Assembly (NCBI GenBank): GCA_039794365.1
Contig: JBDIVN010000006.1
Coordinates: forward strand, 71,390-135,389
DNA length: 64,000 nucleotides
DNA from: Vampirovibrionales bacterium
GTDB taxonomy: Bacteria > Cyanobacteriota > Vampirovibrionia > Vampirovibrionales > Vampirovibrionaceae
Direction: 5' to 3'
Shown: positions 27,897 to 37,839 of the stretch, piece by piece
How positions within the stretch are numbered: the stretch's first letter is position 1
Layout: every line of letters starts with the position of its first letter
The notes under the pieces: model-generated
What the model saw: the letters and a program-made list of their open reading frames with translations, nothing else
Database searches by the model: none
Told to the model about the DNA's origin: nothing
Translations under genes and position numbers: made by a program

Positions 27897-29301
27897 TGGA
27901 TTTAACGAACCTTTTGTAGAGACCCGCCAGCCCCAGCAGGAGCAGCGGTCCGCCAATCAACAGCAACATCGTGCGGGTGCCGATATACTCGACCCCCAGC
28001 CCGGCGGCCAGCACCGGCGCCGTGGAACAGGTGCTCAGGATGGTGAACTGCACCCCCATCACCTTGCCCCGCTTGTCTTCGGGAATCATCTCGTGAAGCA
28101 TGGCCTGCAGGGGGATGGCCACGAACGAAGCCCCAACCCCCATCACCGTCGCCAGAACGTAGGTATACAGCATTCGGGCGGTGAGGTTGAAGTTTTCCAG
28201 GTAGACGCTGCGAAAGGGCAAGTCTATCTGGGAGTGGCCCAGCGAAAGCAGGGCCAGTTCCCGCGGGATCATGTCAATCATGGACAGCAGGACAAGAAAC
28301 AGCCCCACGCAGGTAAAACCGCCGAAGACCAGCCAGCCCCGGCGGACCTCCCGGAAAAACCGGCCCACGATGACGGCGCCCAGAGCCATGCCGATGCCGC
28401 TGTAGGTGACAATGTAGGCAAACTTCTGGGCCGCCACTTTGGGATCGTCGTAGAGGAAGTCGCGGGCAAAGCTGATGAAGAGGATGCACAGGGCCACTAC
28501 CGTGGAAAACAGCAGGGCCAGCTTGAGGATGGCATTAAGAACCACGGAATGGTTACGGATGTAGTCGATGCCGTCATGCATCTCGGCAAAAAACTGCCGA
28601 AACGCCTCCGTCGCCCCTTTCCGCTGAGGAACAGCCCCGTTACCCGTCCCGTTTTCCGCCGCAACAGCCGGTGGCGGCGGGGCCTTGACGAAGACCAGGG
28701 TGATGCTGGCCAGGACAAACAGACCCACAATGGACCAGTGGACCTCCTCCAGCCCGAAGATATTGATGAGCGGATCACCCAGGGCAAAACCGAAGATAAT
28801 GGAAGCCATCATGGTGGTGGTGAACAGGGAATTGGCTGCCAGCAACTGGCTTTTGCGCACGATCATGGGAATGGTGGCGGCTTCCGCCGGAACAAAAAAC
28901 TGGGTGGCCGAAGACAGCAGGAAGGCCAGCCCGTAGATGCCCATCAGGTTGTTCTGGGCGGCCAGGGGCAGGAAGGCGACGAAGATGGCCCGCAGGATGT
29001 TGGTGACCACCAGCACCAGGCGCCGGGGCCAGCGGTCCACAAAAACCCCGGCAATTGCGGTCAGCAGAATCGCCGGGATGGTGAAGGCAATATAGAGAAA
29101 ACTGTTGTAGCGGTCATTGGCCCCAAAATAGGTGGCGATGGCCGCGATAAAGACGACAAAGACGACGCGATCCCCCAACTGGGAAAAGATCTGACCGATC
29201 CAGAGCGCCAGAAAGTTTTTATTCGCCAGAACCGACCGGTAGCCTTCATTAACCGGAACAAACGATTCCAACTTTTCTTCAACGGGAGTCTGGAGGGTCA
29301 T
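27874..29301 (-). CDS. MFS transporter
   Basis: 475 aa, 12-14 predicted TM segments, MFS motif-A-like loops. Confidence 0.75.
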   Translation of the reverse strand: MTLQTPVEEKLESFVPVNEGYRSVLANKNFLALWIGQIFSQLGDRVVFVVFIAAIATYFGANDRYNSFLYIAFTIPAILLTAIAGVFVDRWPRRLVLVVTNILRAIFVAFLPLAAQNNLMGIYGLAFLLSSATQFFVPAEAATIPMIVRKSQLLAANSLFTTTMMASIIFGFALGDPLINIFGLEEVHWSIVGLFVLASITLVFVKAPPPPAVAAENGTGNGAVPQRKGATEAFRQFFAEMHDGIDYIRNHSVVLNAILKLALLFSTVVALCILFISFARDFLYDDPKVAAQKFAYIVTYSGIGMALGAVIVGRFFREVRRGWLVFGGFTCVGLFLVLLSMIDMIPRELALLSLGHSQIDLPFRSVYLENFNLTARMLYTYVLATVMGVGASFVAIPLQAMLHEMIPEDKRGKVMGVQFTILSTCSTAPVLAAGLGVEYIGTRTMLLLIGGPLLLLGLAGLYKRFVKSNAVADDW

Positions 29302-29377
29302 AGTCCCTGTTCAATCTCGCCTTTGGCCACAGTCCTATCATTGTACTGTACACAAGAGGCGCTTTAAAGTGAGGGAT

Positions 29378-30172
29378 TTAATGGGCGGGGGCGGGAACGG
29401 ATGCGCCTCCCAGCAGTTCCAGAACAAAATCGTAGGCCTTAATCCGGCGCTCCAGCTTGTGGGAAAAATAATATTGCAGAAACCGGTAGACTTTCAGGCT
29501 GCTCGCCTCGGCCCAATCTTCTGCCAACGGATTGCAGAGCACCCTAAGCGTCTCCACGGAGACGTTAACCAGTGTGGTGTCGCCAATCCATTCCCGGTTT
29601 CGCTCCAGCACCACGCCGCCCTGCTCCGGCGAAAACGGGTAGTGAGGCCGGTCAAAACGCATGGGGGCATCGCTGGCAATGCACCGATCCAGCACGGGCG
29701 CATAACCGGCGGCATTGAGCAGTCGCAACTGGTAATCCGCCCCGATGGCCGCAAGGCGAAGATCCCCGGCGCCGTCGGCATGGGGGGGCGCTTCACCTTC
29801 CAGGCTTTCCAGGGCCTCACGCAGCAGCTCGTACATGCGCGTGCTGTCCGTATCATGTTCCGTGGCCAGCAGGTTCAGCAGCTCGGCAAACAGGGTGGCC
29901 AGGGCCAGCTTGAGGATATCCTCCCGAATCCGCCGGAAGGATTGCAAGGACTCATACTGGCAGAGCACATCCAGATTTTTTCCCGTCGCCAGGTGAATCC
30001 GGCTGAGGTTGAGGATCTCGCAGGCACCGGCCAGCTTGCTCTTATTGCCCTTGACCCCCTTGGCAATGGCCTTCACCAGTCCGCGATCCGGCGAATAGAA
30101 ATGGATAATCCGGCTGGACTCGCCGTAGTCGTAGGTTTTCAGGCAAACCGCCTGCGTGGTGTAGGAACCCAT
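29378..30172 (-). CDS. recO: DNA repair protein RecO
   Basis: 264-aa RecO N-terminal OB-fold consensus (…QAVCLKTYDYGESSRI…). Confidence 0.8.
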   Translation of the reverse strand: MGSYTTQAVCLKTYDYGESSRIIHFYSPDRGLVKAIAKGVKGNKSKLAGACEILNLSRIHLATGKNLDVLCQYESLQSFRRIREDILKLALATLFAELLNLLATEHDTDSTRMYELLREALESLEGEAPPHADGAGDLRLAAIGADYQLRLLNAAGYAPVLDRCIASDAPMRFDRPHYPFSPEQGGVVLERNREWIGDTTLVNVSVETLRVLCNPLAEDWAEASSLKVYRFLQYYFSHKLERRIKAYDFVLELLGGASVPAPAH

Positions 30173-30225
30173 GCGCTTTCGGACCTTCGCTAATCCCCTA
30201 TGGCATGCCTCCTATTATACCGGTT

Positions 30226-30867
30226 TCAGGCACGGCCTCCTCCCCGGCGAAACGGCGAGGAACCACCCGGTGTGCCACCCGGACCGGCGGATCGGCCCAG
30301 CACATGACCGGCAACGACCGTCGCCTGGCCGCCGGTGTAGTAGACGCACTTGGAGGCGCAGTTGGAGATATGGCCCGTGGCCCGGCCCATTACCCAACCC
30401 GCCGCACGGGAGATGACGGTCCCGATGCCCACGGTGAGGGCGCCGATGGCCGCCCCTTTCGCCGCATCCTTCAGGCCATCGTTCAGGGTATATTCCGCGC
30501 CCTCCCGCCGGGCCTGCGCGTTTTTGACCAGCGGCTCGGTCACGCCGCCGATGGCAGCCCCCAGAACCAACGCCAGCGGCAGGGTGGCGGGCGTCATGGC
30601 CAGGCCGATGGCCACGGCGGTGCCCAGTCCCTGAACCACCCGCCAGGTGGTGGGGTTGCCGGTCAGACGTTTGAAAAAACCGCCTTCTTCGCCCAGTTCG
30701 CCTGGCGACGGCAGCTTGGCGTTGAGAAACGGCAAACCGGCCACCTGCTGGCGAATCTGCCGGAGTTCGGCAATCTCCCGGTTATTCAGGAGATCGTCCT
30801 CGTTCGCCTGGGCGGTGTTCACACCGGCGGGCGCGTAGGTTCCGAAGTTGACTGCGGAAATGCTCAT
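30226..30867 (-). CDS. hypothetical glycine-zipper membrane protein
   Basis: 213-aa ORF with a Gly/Ala-rich TM region (GLGTAVAIGLAM…LVLGAAIGG); no recognisable family. Confidence 0.45.
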   Translation of the reverse strand: MSISAVNFGTYAPAGVNTAQANEDDLLNNREIAELRQIRQQVAGLPFLNAKLPSPGELGEEGGFFKRLTGNPTTWRVVQGLGTAVAIGLAMTPATLPLALVLGAAIGGVTEPLVKNAQARREGAEYTLNDGLKDAAKGAAIGALTVGIGTVISRAAGWVMGRATGHISNCASKCVYYTGGQATVVAGHVLGRSAGPGGTPGGSSPFRRGGGRA

Positions 30868-31070
30868 GCGCGTTGGTCCCCTCTCTTCGAAAGAGCGCTC
30901 AGACTCGTTAATCTCTTCTCGACTTCCCTAGTGCGTGACGAATCGCGTGATCAAAAATCCTTCCGCATGCATGAAAACATGCTCTGCGATTTTGTTGCGC
31001 CCGTCACAACACCCTCGCCCCCGCAATCAATACGAGGGCGATGGCAAGGGATGAGATGGTTTTCAAACGG

Positions 31071-31430
31071 TCAGCCCGAAACGGCGGCCTTGGCCTTTTC
31101 GGCAATCTGCGCGAAGGCCTGGGGCTCGCGGGCGGCAAGATCGGCGAGGAACTTGCGGTTCAGCTCGATCCCGGCAGCCTTCAGCCCATGGACCAGACGG
31201 CTGTAGGACAGGCCATGCAGGCGGGCGGCGGCGTTGATGCGGGTGATCCACAGCCGCTTTAGATCCCGGCGGCGGTTGCGCCGATCACGATAGGCGTATT
31301 TCAGGGACTTCATGACCGCCTGGTTGGCGACCTTGAACTTCTTGCTCCGGCTGCCCCGGAAGCCTTTGGCCAGCTTCAGAATCTTCTTATGGCGCTGGCG
31401 GGAAACATTTCCTCTTTTGACTCTGGACAT
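31071..31430 (-). CDS. rplT: 50S ribosomal protein L20
   Basis: [16 protein letters not shown]… start is diagnostic for L20. Confidence 0.92.
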   Translation of the reverse strand: MSRVKRGNVSRQRHKKILKLAKGFRGSRSKKFKVANQAVMKSLKYAYRDRRNRRRDLKRLWITRINAAARLHGLSYSRLVHGLKAAGIELNRKFLADLAAREPQAFAQIAEKAKAAVSG

Positions 31431-31512
31431 GGTCGTTTCACCTTATGCTTGTTGTGTCTGTGTGTTCTGCATGCATCCCCTGGCGGGGGATAATTATAAT
31501 GGGATATTTTCT

Positions 31513-31722
31513 CTAGCGGGAATATTTCAGATAGGGAAGCTGGACCCTGATTTTGGGGATCAGGGTATCGTCCACCACCACGGTATGATCCAGGCTGCGT
31601 TTGGCCCGCGAAGACATGTGCGAGTTCAGGTGGCTCCGCCCGGCCTGCTTGCGCATGAATTTTCCGGTGGCCGTCACACGGTAGCGCTTGGCGCCGGCTC
31701 TATGAGTCTTCATCTTCGGCAT
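31513..31722 (-). CDS. rpmI: 50S ribosomal protein L35
   Basis: MPKMKTHRAGAKRYR… is the L35 N-terminus; the C-terminal tail is somewhat extended. Confidence 0.85.
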   Translation of the reverse strand: MPKMKTHRAGAKRYRVTATGKFMRKQAGRSHLNSHMSSRAKRSLDHTVVVDDTLIPKIRVQLPYLKYSR

Positions 31723-32266
31723 GATCGTCTTCATCCCTTTCTGATTCTGATTTTTCGGAGACCTTGGGCTTGCCGGTTCCGCCCGGATTCAGGTTGAGGG
31801 TGATGTTGCGGGCACCTTCAAGGCGCACATGACCCTCCAGGGTACCGACCTCCTCCAAGTCTGCTACAAACTGCCTGGCCAAGTCAAATGCCAGTTCCGA
31901 ATGCTGAACCTCGCGTCCCTTGAGGCGGATGGTGCATTTCACCTTGTCTCCCTGCTCCAGGAACTTGCGGGCACGGTTCATTTTGACGCTGTAGTCATGA
32001 TCGTCAATGCGCACACCCATCTTGATTTCCTTGACGGCCATGACGTGCTGCTTCTTCTTGGCCTCGCGGGCTTTCTTTTCCGTCTCGAACTTGAACTTGC
32101 CGTAGTCCACCAGGCGAACCACCGGAGGGCTTGCGTCCAGGCTCATCACCACAAGATCCAATCCCCGTTCCTCGGCCATCCGTTCCGCTTCGGTACGCGA
32201 GACCACCGTGTTATCTTCTCCGTCGACCAGCCTCACTTCGGAACACTTGATGCGGTCGGTCAGCAA
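31700..32266 (-). CDS. infC: translation initiation factor IF-3
   Basis: IF-3 N- and C-domains (…EVRLVD.…; …AKKKQ…KEIK). The true start is probably a non-ATG codon, as is usual for infC. Confidence 0.85.
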   Translation of the reverse strand: MLTDRIKCSEVRLVDGEDNTVVSRTEAERMAEERGLDLVVMSLDASPPVVRLVDYGKFKFETEKKAREAKKKQHVMAVKEIKMGVRIDDHDYSVKMNRARKFLEQGDKVKCTIRLKGREVQHSELAFDLARQFVADLEEVGTLEGHVRLEGARNITLNLNPGGTGKPKVSEKSESERDEDDHAEDEDS

Positions 32267-32372
32267 CTGGGGACCCTTTTTGGGCGGGGGGGGCGAAAAC
32301 CTGGAAATAGCGTATCCTCCTGTCTCACATTCAAACCGGATGTTACAAGATTATATAAAGAAGGGAGAAGAA

Positions 32373-32456
32373 TGCGGAAGGGGGGACTTGAACCCCCACA
32401 GCCTTGCGGCCACATGCTCCTGAAACATGCGTGTATACCAATTTCACCACTTCCGC
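32373..32456 (-). tRNA. tRNA-Leu (anticodon CAG), long variable arm
   Basis: Hand-folded cloverleaf: acceptor GCGGAAG/CTTCCGC, T-arm GGGGG-TTCAAGT-CCCCC, anticodon loop TTCAGGA, variable arm GGCC-GCAA-GGC. Confidence 0.75.
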
Positions 32457-32737
32457 ATAGGAGCACCCTGACGGCATGCCAGGATCGATGTTTAAATATA
32501 GCCCGACTTCTCACGGGAATCAAGAGGGGAAACCGCGCTTTTCAATCTCAACCGGTTGGAGGATTTCAGGCCCCGTTGTTTGTCGGATAACTGGGGTGTT
32601 CTCCTCCGGACGCAGGAGCCGGTGGAACCCCTGTAAACCCGCTGCCCTCCTCTCGGAAACCATGTGAATGACAAAAAAAACGGCACAACGGGTTTCATGC
32701 TTATGGTAGGCTCTCGCGCACGAGGTAAAGGGTTGAA

Positions 32738-34408
32738 ATGGTTCGCAAACGGAAGGGCATATCGCATCCAGTCGAGGAACAGGAACTTCACGAAGTTGAA
32801 GTCTCCCGCCTCAAGCTGGCCCTGAAAACCGCGCTGGTTTTGCCCAGAAACCAGTCGGAGATCATTGAGGCCAATTCGCTGGCGTTTGATCTGCTTCAGA
32901 AGGAAGTGGAATGCGCCCGACTGTTCAACTTCGAGCTGCCGGAAGACCTCTCGATGGCCATGCGGATGCTGGAAAACGCCGTCTCCAACTTCACCCAGAC
33001 GGAAAAGAATGTCATCCTCGTCTTCAACGACCGGCTGGGAACGTATACGTGCCTCAACGACGAGATTCACCCGGACCGCAAACCCCGCGAGCTGACCCAG
33101 ATTTCCGACGGCTTTCTGCGGGATCTGCTGGATACCGACGAGGCGATGCACACGTATCTGTTCTCCGATGATTCGCTCATCGGCATCGTGGCCGTCGCCG
33201 AACCGAAGGATGGCCCGCTGGGCATCCGCCACGAGATTTTGCTGGAACTGGCCGCCCAATACCTGTCCACCAAGGTGCTGGCCTTCCAGAACCTCAGGCA
33301 GACCTTGACCCTGTCCCTCGTCCAGAAGACGGTGCTGGAGATTTCCGCCCAGCTCATCACGGCGGTAGATCAGGAGGGCGTGCTCATCGCCACCCTCGAC
33401 TCGCTCGGAAGCCAGCTGGACTTCGGCATCTGCCAGTACATCCACCTGGACCCGGAAACCGGCGTCGGGGAAGTGCTGCTGGAATACCGCCAGGGCGACA
33501 TTCACAGCTTCATCCATGCGGGCCTCAAGAGCAAGCGGCAGGTCATCGACGGCTTTGCCTCGCTGGTGAGCCTCTTTACCTCCGTCGCCCGTTCCAGCCC
33601 GTACCTGCACATTCCGGGCAACACCCTGGGGGAAAAGCCGCTGCATGAGATTTTCGGCATCCAGAAAGGCAAGAAGGCTGATCAGGCCATTCACTCGGCG
33701 GTCATTCTGCCGGTGATGGACCCGACCACGGGTAAGATTCGCGGCACCTTCAACCTGTACCGCACCCGGCCCCACCACATCGTGCCGGAGTCCCTGGAGG
33801 TGGCGAAAGAAGTGGCCGCCATGGTGTCGCTGGCCCTCAGCCGCGTCATGGTTCTGGAGCTGGCCTTGGAAATGGCCAGCACCGACGAGCTGACGGGACT
33901 TACCAACCGCCGGGGCTTCTACGACCGGTTCGAGGCGGAGATCGAACGCGCCCGCCGCAACCAGACCTCCCTCTGCGTGGCCATGGTGGACGTGGATTAC
34001 TTCAAACGCCTCAACGATACTTACGGACATCTCAGCGGCGACTGCGTGCTGCGCGAACTGGCCGAGATCTTCCGCCAGAGCCTGCGTAAAAGCGATTTGA
34101 TCTGCCGCTTCGGGGGTGAGGAATTCGCCATCCTGCTGCCGGACACTTCCTTCCAGGCGGCCACGGACCTGCTGGAGCGGATTCGCAAGACCGTCAGCCA
34201 GACAGCCATCCAGGGCATCGAGAACGAGGTCCTCCAGGTTTCCGTCAGCGTGGGCCTGGCCCAGGTGAACACGGATCGCGGCCTGGGGCGCCCCTCGCGC
34301 GAGGTGATTTCCGACGCCCTGGCCATTGCCGACGAACAGCTTTATCTCGCCAAGGAACACGGTCGCAACCGCGTCTGCGCCACCTGTGAGGGCCATTCGG
34401 CCCCTTAG
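32738..34408 (+). CDS. GAF domain-containing diguanylate cyclase (GGDEF, GGEEF active site)
   Basis: C-terminal …RFGGEEFAILLPD… with RxxD I-site context; N-terminal GAF-like region. The 658-aa minus-strand ORF over the same span is its shadow. Confidence 0.85.
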   Translation: MVRKRKGISHPVEEQELHEVEVSRLKLALKTALVLPRNQSEIIEANSLAFDLLQKEVECARLFNFELPEDLSMAMRMLENAVSNFTQTEKNVILVFNDRLGTYTCLNDEIHPDRKPRELTQISDGFLRDLLDTDEAMHTYLFSDDSLIGIVAVAEPKDGPLGIRHEILLELAAQYLSTKVLAFQNLRQTLTLSLVQKTVLEISAQLITAVDQEGVLIATLDSLGSQLDFGICQYIHLDPETGVGEVLLEYRQGDIHSFIHAGLKSKRQVIDGFASLVSLFTSVARSSPYLHIPGNTLGEKPLHEIFGIQKGKKADQAIHSAVILPVMDPTTGKIRGTFNLYRTRPHHIVPESLEVAKEVAAMVSLALSRVMVLELALEMASTDELTGLTNRRGFYDRFEAEIERARRNQTSLCVAMVDVDYFKRLNDTYGHLSGDCVLRELAEIFRQSLRKSDLICRFGGEEFAILLPDTSFQAATDLLERIRKTVSQTAIQGIENEVLQVSVSVGLAQVNTDRGLGRPSREVISDALAIADEQLYLAKEHGRNRVCATCEGHSAP

Positions 34409-34573
34409 ATATGGCATAGGGCGTAAAGCCTTCAGAACCAGGGGTGAATACCGCCGATTGCTTGTCATTGCGGCCCCTGCCTCCGCAGGGGTAAACTCCG
34501 GCGGAAATCCATCTCAACCACCCGGACGAGTTAGCCGCAAGGGGGATGTTGATTCCGCGCTGGCTGCGCTAGA

Positions 34574-35824
34574 ATGGTGCCCGTTATGATGAACGTGATG
34601 GCAATGATTCTGGCAGGCGGCGAAGGGAAGCGGCTCTTCCCCCTGACCCAGGACCGGGCGAAACCGGCGGTTCCCTACGGCGGCAAATACCGCATCGTCG
34701 ATTTCGTGCTGAACAACTTCATCAACTCGGCCATCTACAAGATCAAGATTCTCACCCAGTTCAAGTCGGATTCCCTCAATAAGCACATCTCGCGGGGCTG
34801 GCCCATGACGCCCATCTACGGACACTACATCGATCTGGTCCCCGCCCAGATGCGTACCGGCCAGACGTGGTACCAGGGCACGGCGGACGCCATTTACCAG
34901 AACCTGAACCTGATCTATGACGAACAGCCGGAACTGGTCTGCGTGTTCGGCGCCGACCACATCTACAAGATGGATATCGGCCAGATGATCGACTACCACA
35001 AGCGCAAGCACGCCGATCTCACCATCACCGCCATCCCGGTGCCGGTGGACAAGGCCAGCGCCTTCGGGATCATCGAGATTGACGAGGACTACCGGGTCAT
35101 CGGCTGGCAGGAAAAACCCCAGAACCCCAAGGAAATGCCGGATCGCCCCGGCTGGGCGCTGGCCTCGATGGGCAACTACGTCTTCAACCGCGACATCCTG
35201 ATTGAAGAGCTGGCCCAGGACGCCCTGAAAGAGGACTCCTCCCATGATTTCGGCCACGACATCATCAAAAGCATGATCCGCCGCCGCTACGTCTACGTCT
35301 ACGATTTCCACACCAACGTGGTGCCCGGCGTGCACGAGCGCGAACGCGGCTACTGGCGCGACGTGGGCGATCTCGACGCCTACCTGGAATCCCACCTGGA
35401 TCTCGTCTCCGTCGAACCCATCTTCAACCTGTACAACAACGAATGGCCCATCCGCTCCCTCTCCTACCAGGCGGCCCCCACCAAGTTCGTCCATGACGAA
35501 GGCGAACGACGGGGCTTTGCCACGGAGTCCATGATCTCCGACGGCTGTATTATCAGCGGAGGCCGGGTCAGCCGGTGCGTTATTTCTCCCCATGTCCGCA
35601 TCAACAGCTATTCGCGGGTAGAGGAGAGTATTATTATGCATGGCGTCAATATTGGCCGCCATGCCAAGATCCGCCGGGCCATCATCGACAAGAACGTCAT
35701 TATCCCCGCCGGTTGCGAAATCGGCTACGACCCGGATCATGACCGCGCCAGGGGCTTTTTCGTCACGGACAGCGGTATCACCGTCATCCCCAAAGGCGCC
35801 GAAGTCCCCCAGGATCATTATTAG
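34574..35824 (+). CDS. glgC: glucose-1-phosphate adenylyltransferase
   Basis: …ILAGGEGKRL.PLT…PAVP.GGKYRI.DF.L.N… and the C-terminal LbH domain. Confidence 0.88.
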   Translation: MVPVMMNVMAMILAGGEGKRLFPLTQDRAKPAVPYGGKYRIVDFVLNNFINSAIYKIKILTQFKSDSLNKHISRGWPMTPIYGHYIDLVPAQMRTGQTWYQGTADAIYQNLNLIYDEQPELVCVFGADHIYKMDIGQMIDYHKRKHADLTITAIPVPVDKASAFGIIEIDEDYRVIGWQEKPQNPKEMPDRPGWALASMGNYVFNRDILIEELAQDALKEDSSHDFGHDIIKSMIRRRYVYVYDFHTNVVPGVHERERGYWRDVGDLDAYLESHLDLVSVEPIFNLYNNEWPIRSLSYQAAPTKFVHDEGERRGFATESMISDGCIISGGRVSRCVISPHVRINSYSRVEESIIMHGVNIGRHAKIRRAIIDKNVIIPAGCEIGYDPDHDRARGFFVTDSGITVIPKGAEVPQDHY

Positions 35825-35939
35825 GACGCCTTATCCGGCCCCTTTTGTAAAGCCCTGTTAAGCCAGCGCTCTCCGTCCGGCAATTTATAGATCCGCCCTG
35901 TTTTTTTTAAAAGGATTTTAAGGAACAGGGTGTATTTGG

Positions 35940-37721
35940 GTGTCCATGATGATGAATGTACAGGGAACTTCTTCTATTCTTCCTGCCCGTGTGGATTTTG
36001 GAACCGCAGTGGCAATCAGAACTCCGTCCTTCGGCAGCGATCGGTTTGAACCCGTGCGGTTCAGCCGCAGGAACGAAGCCGAGGACCCCGAACTGACCAC
36101 CGAGCAGTTGCTCAAGCGCGAAGCGCGACGCTACCCGGAACTCTCGCCGAAAGAACGGGTTGCCGTCCTGGCCCGGCTGTATGAAAATCCCGGCGACGAT
36201 GAAGCCCTCAAACAACTGATGATGCCTTTTCAGCCGCTGGCCCTCGCCATGGCCGGAAAATTGCTTTACCGGCGCGGCCTCGGAAACCATGGAAAGATCC
36301 AGCCCATGGACCTGGTGAACACCGGAAACGAGGCTTTTCTTAAAGCCCTTCATCGCAAGGGCATCAAGCTGGAGAAAGCCGAGAAGAGTTTCGTCAATTA
36401 CGTCACCACGCTCTATGCCCGGACAATGCTCCATTATATCTGGCGCAACCTGCGGCAGGTTCCGGAGACCCACAATGACCAGGTGGCCTTTCTCAAGCTG
36501 TTTGCCATCGCCCATCAGCTGGAAAATAAAAACGGACGCCAACCCACTCCTGAGGAAATCCTCACCGTTGCCACCGAGCAGGAGATGGAGCCCCGGTATC
36601 TGACCCTGATTGAGAAAATGCTGAAAGAAGGCCCCAAAGGCCATGAGCGTTCGATGGACAGCGCCATGGGCGATAGCCGCGACGACCGGCTGCTTGCGGA
36701 ATACATCGCCGACCCGTCTCCCACACCGGAGCATCTGACCCATATGGCCCGCGCCAGAGCGGCCATGGTCACGGCAGCAGCCGACGGTTTCACCCGCCTG
36801 ACCCCGCTGCAGCAATATGCTTTTGCCCGACACTATGGGTTGTGGCCGAACATGCCCGCCATTCCTCAGACAGAGATTGCCCAGGAACTGGTGACCCTGA
36901 CGGACAACCCGCGAGGGCGGGAATCCATTACGGTAGCCGAATTTACCGGCATGAAAACCCTGGCGGAAACCGTGGCACAGGCCCTCAACCTGTCGGGAGC
37001 GGATGACCTTTCCGTCTCTCCCCGCCATGCCACCCGCATTCTGCTGGACGAAATCTCTCCGGCGGAGGCGGCGACCTTTCTCCCGCCCCATGACATCATG
37101 CTCCTGCTGGTGAAGCTGGGCCAGCGCTTCGGCATGAAAAACCCCATGACCGAGATAAGCCCCGTCAACAGCCAGAGCCTCGGCAAACTCCATCCGGCTT
37201 TGCCGAAAAACCACAACGGCTATATGATTCGGTACGACTGGACCCAGCAGTTCAAGCCGAAGGCCTTCAACGAGCGCCTGGTGGAGATTCAGGAATTTCT
37301 GGCCGCCCATGCGGACCTGCACCTGGTCTACAAGAATGACCTCAACCCGTTTTCCCTGGACCCCAACAACCATAACCGGGAGCTTCGCATGGTGGTCTTT
37401 CCCCCGGTACCGGGCGAGTCGAGCCGCCCCCAGGTGTTCATGGAAAAAAGCGAAGGCACCGGCCTGATGCGTGAAATGCTCAAAGCCAAGCTGGATCGGT
37501 ATACACCCGAAGAGCAGGTGATCCTGAGCCGGTTCTTTGATCTCGACGAAACCGGCGAAGAGCTGACGACACGAGACATCAGCCGACTGCCCGAAGTCCC
37601 CTACTCCCAGGCCTACGTGTCGAAGATCAAGAACCGCATCGTGGAGGAGGTTCAGGCTGAAATCCGGCGCCGGTACCCCAACGGCTCGCCCATTTGGGAA
37701 AAAGCGCCCGCCGGCGTTTAG
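35940..37721 (+). CDS. atypical large sigma-70-family-like protein (region 2, region 4, plus extra C-terminal region-4-like module)
   Basis: Region 2-like DLVNTGNEAFLKALHR…FVNYVTTLYARTMLHYIWRN; region 4-like LTPLQQYAFARHYGL; a second HTH-like block LSRFFDLDETGEELTTRDISRLPEVPYSQAYVSKIKNRIVEE near the C-terminus. Confidence 0.5.
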   Translation: MSMMMNVQGTSSILPARVDFGTAVAIRTPSFGSDRFEPVRFSRRNEAEDPELTTEQLLKREARRYPELSPKERVAVLARLYENPGDDEALKQLMMPFQPLALAMAGKLLYRRGLGNHGKIQPMDLVNTGNEAFLKALHRKGIKLEKAEKSFVNYVTTLYARTMLHYIWRNLRQVPETHNDQVAFLKLFAIAHQLENKNGRQPTPEEILTVATEQEMEPRYLTLIEKMLKEGPKGHERSMDSAMGDSRDDRLLAEYIADPSPTPEHLTHMARARAAMVTAAADGFTRLTPLQQYAFARHYGLWPNMPAIPQTEIAQELVTLTDNPRGRESITVAEFTGMKTLAETVAQALNLSGADDLSVSPRHATRILLDEISPAEAATFLPPHDIMLLLVKLGQRFGMKNPMTEISPVNSQSLGKLHPALPKNHNGYMIRYDWTQQFKPKAFNERLVEIQEFLAAHADLHLVYKNDLNPFSLDPNNHNRELRMVVFPPVPGESSRPQVFMEKSEGTGLMREMLKAKLDRYTPEEQVILSRFFDLDETGEELTTRDISRLPEVPYSQAYVSKIKNRIVEEVQAEIRRRYPNGSPIWEKAPAGV

Positions 37722-37839
37722 CCCCGGCCTCACCGCTTGCATCCAATCTGTTTTAATGTTTAATTATTAATCGAAAGAAACATCGGACGACCGCTGGCGT
37801 CCGGAAATCGATTTTTTATGAATCGCAGGGGGAAAGCAC

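Noticed and set aside
32492-34468. 658-aa minus-strand ORF
   Set aside because: It is antisense to the GAF-GGDEF gene (32738-34408, plus strand). It has no motifs and is compositionally biased, so it is a high-GC shadow ORF.
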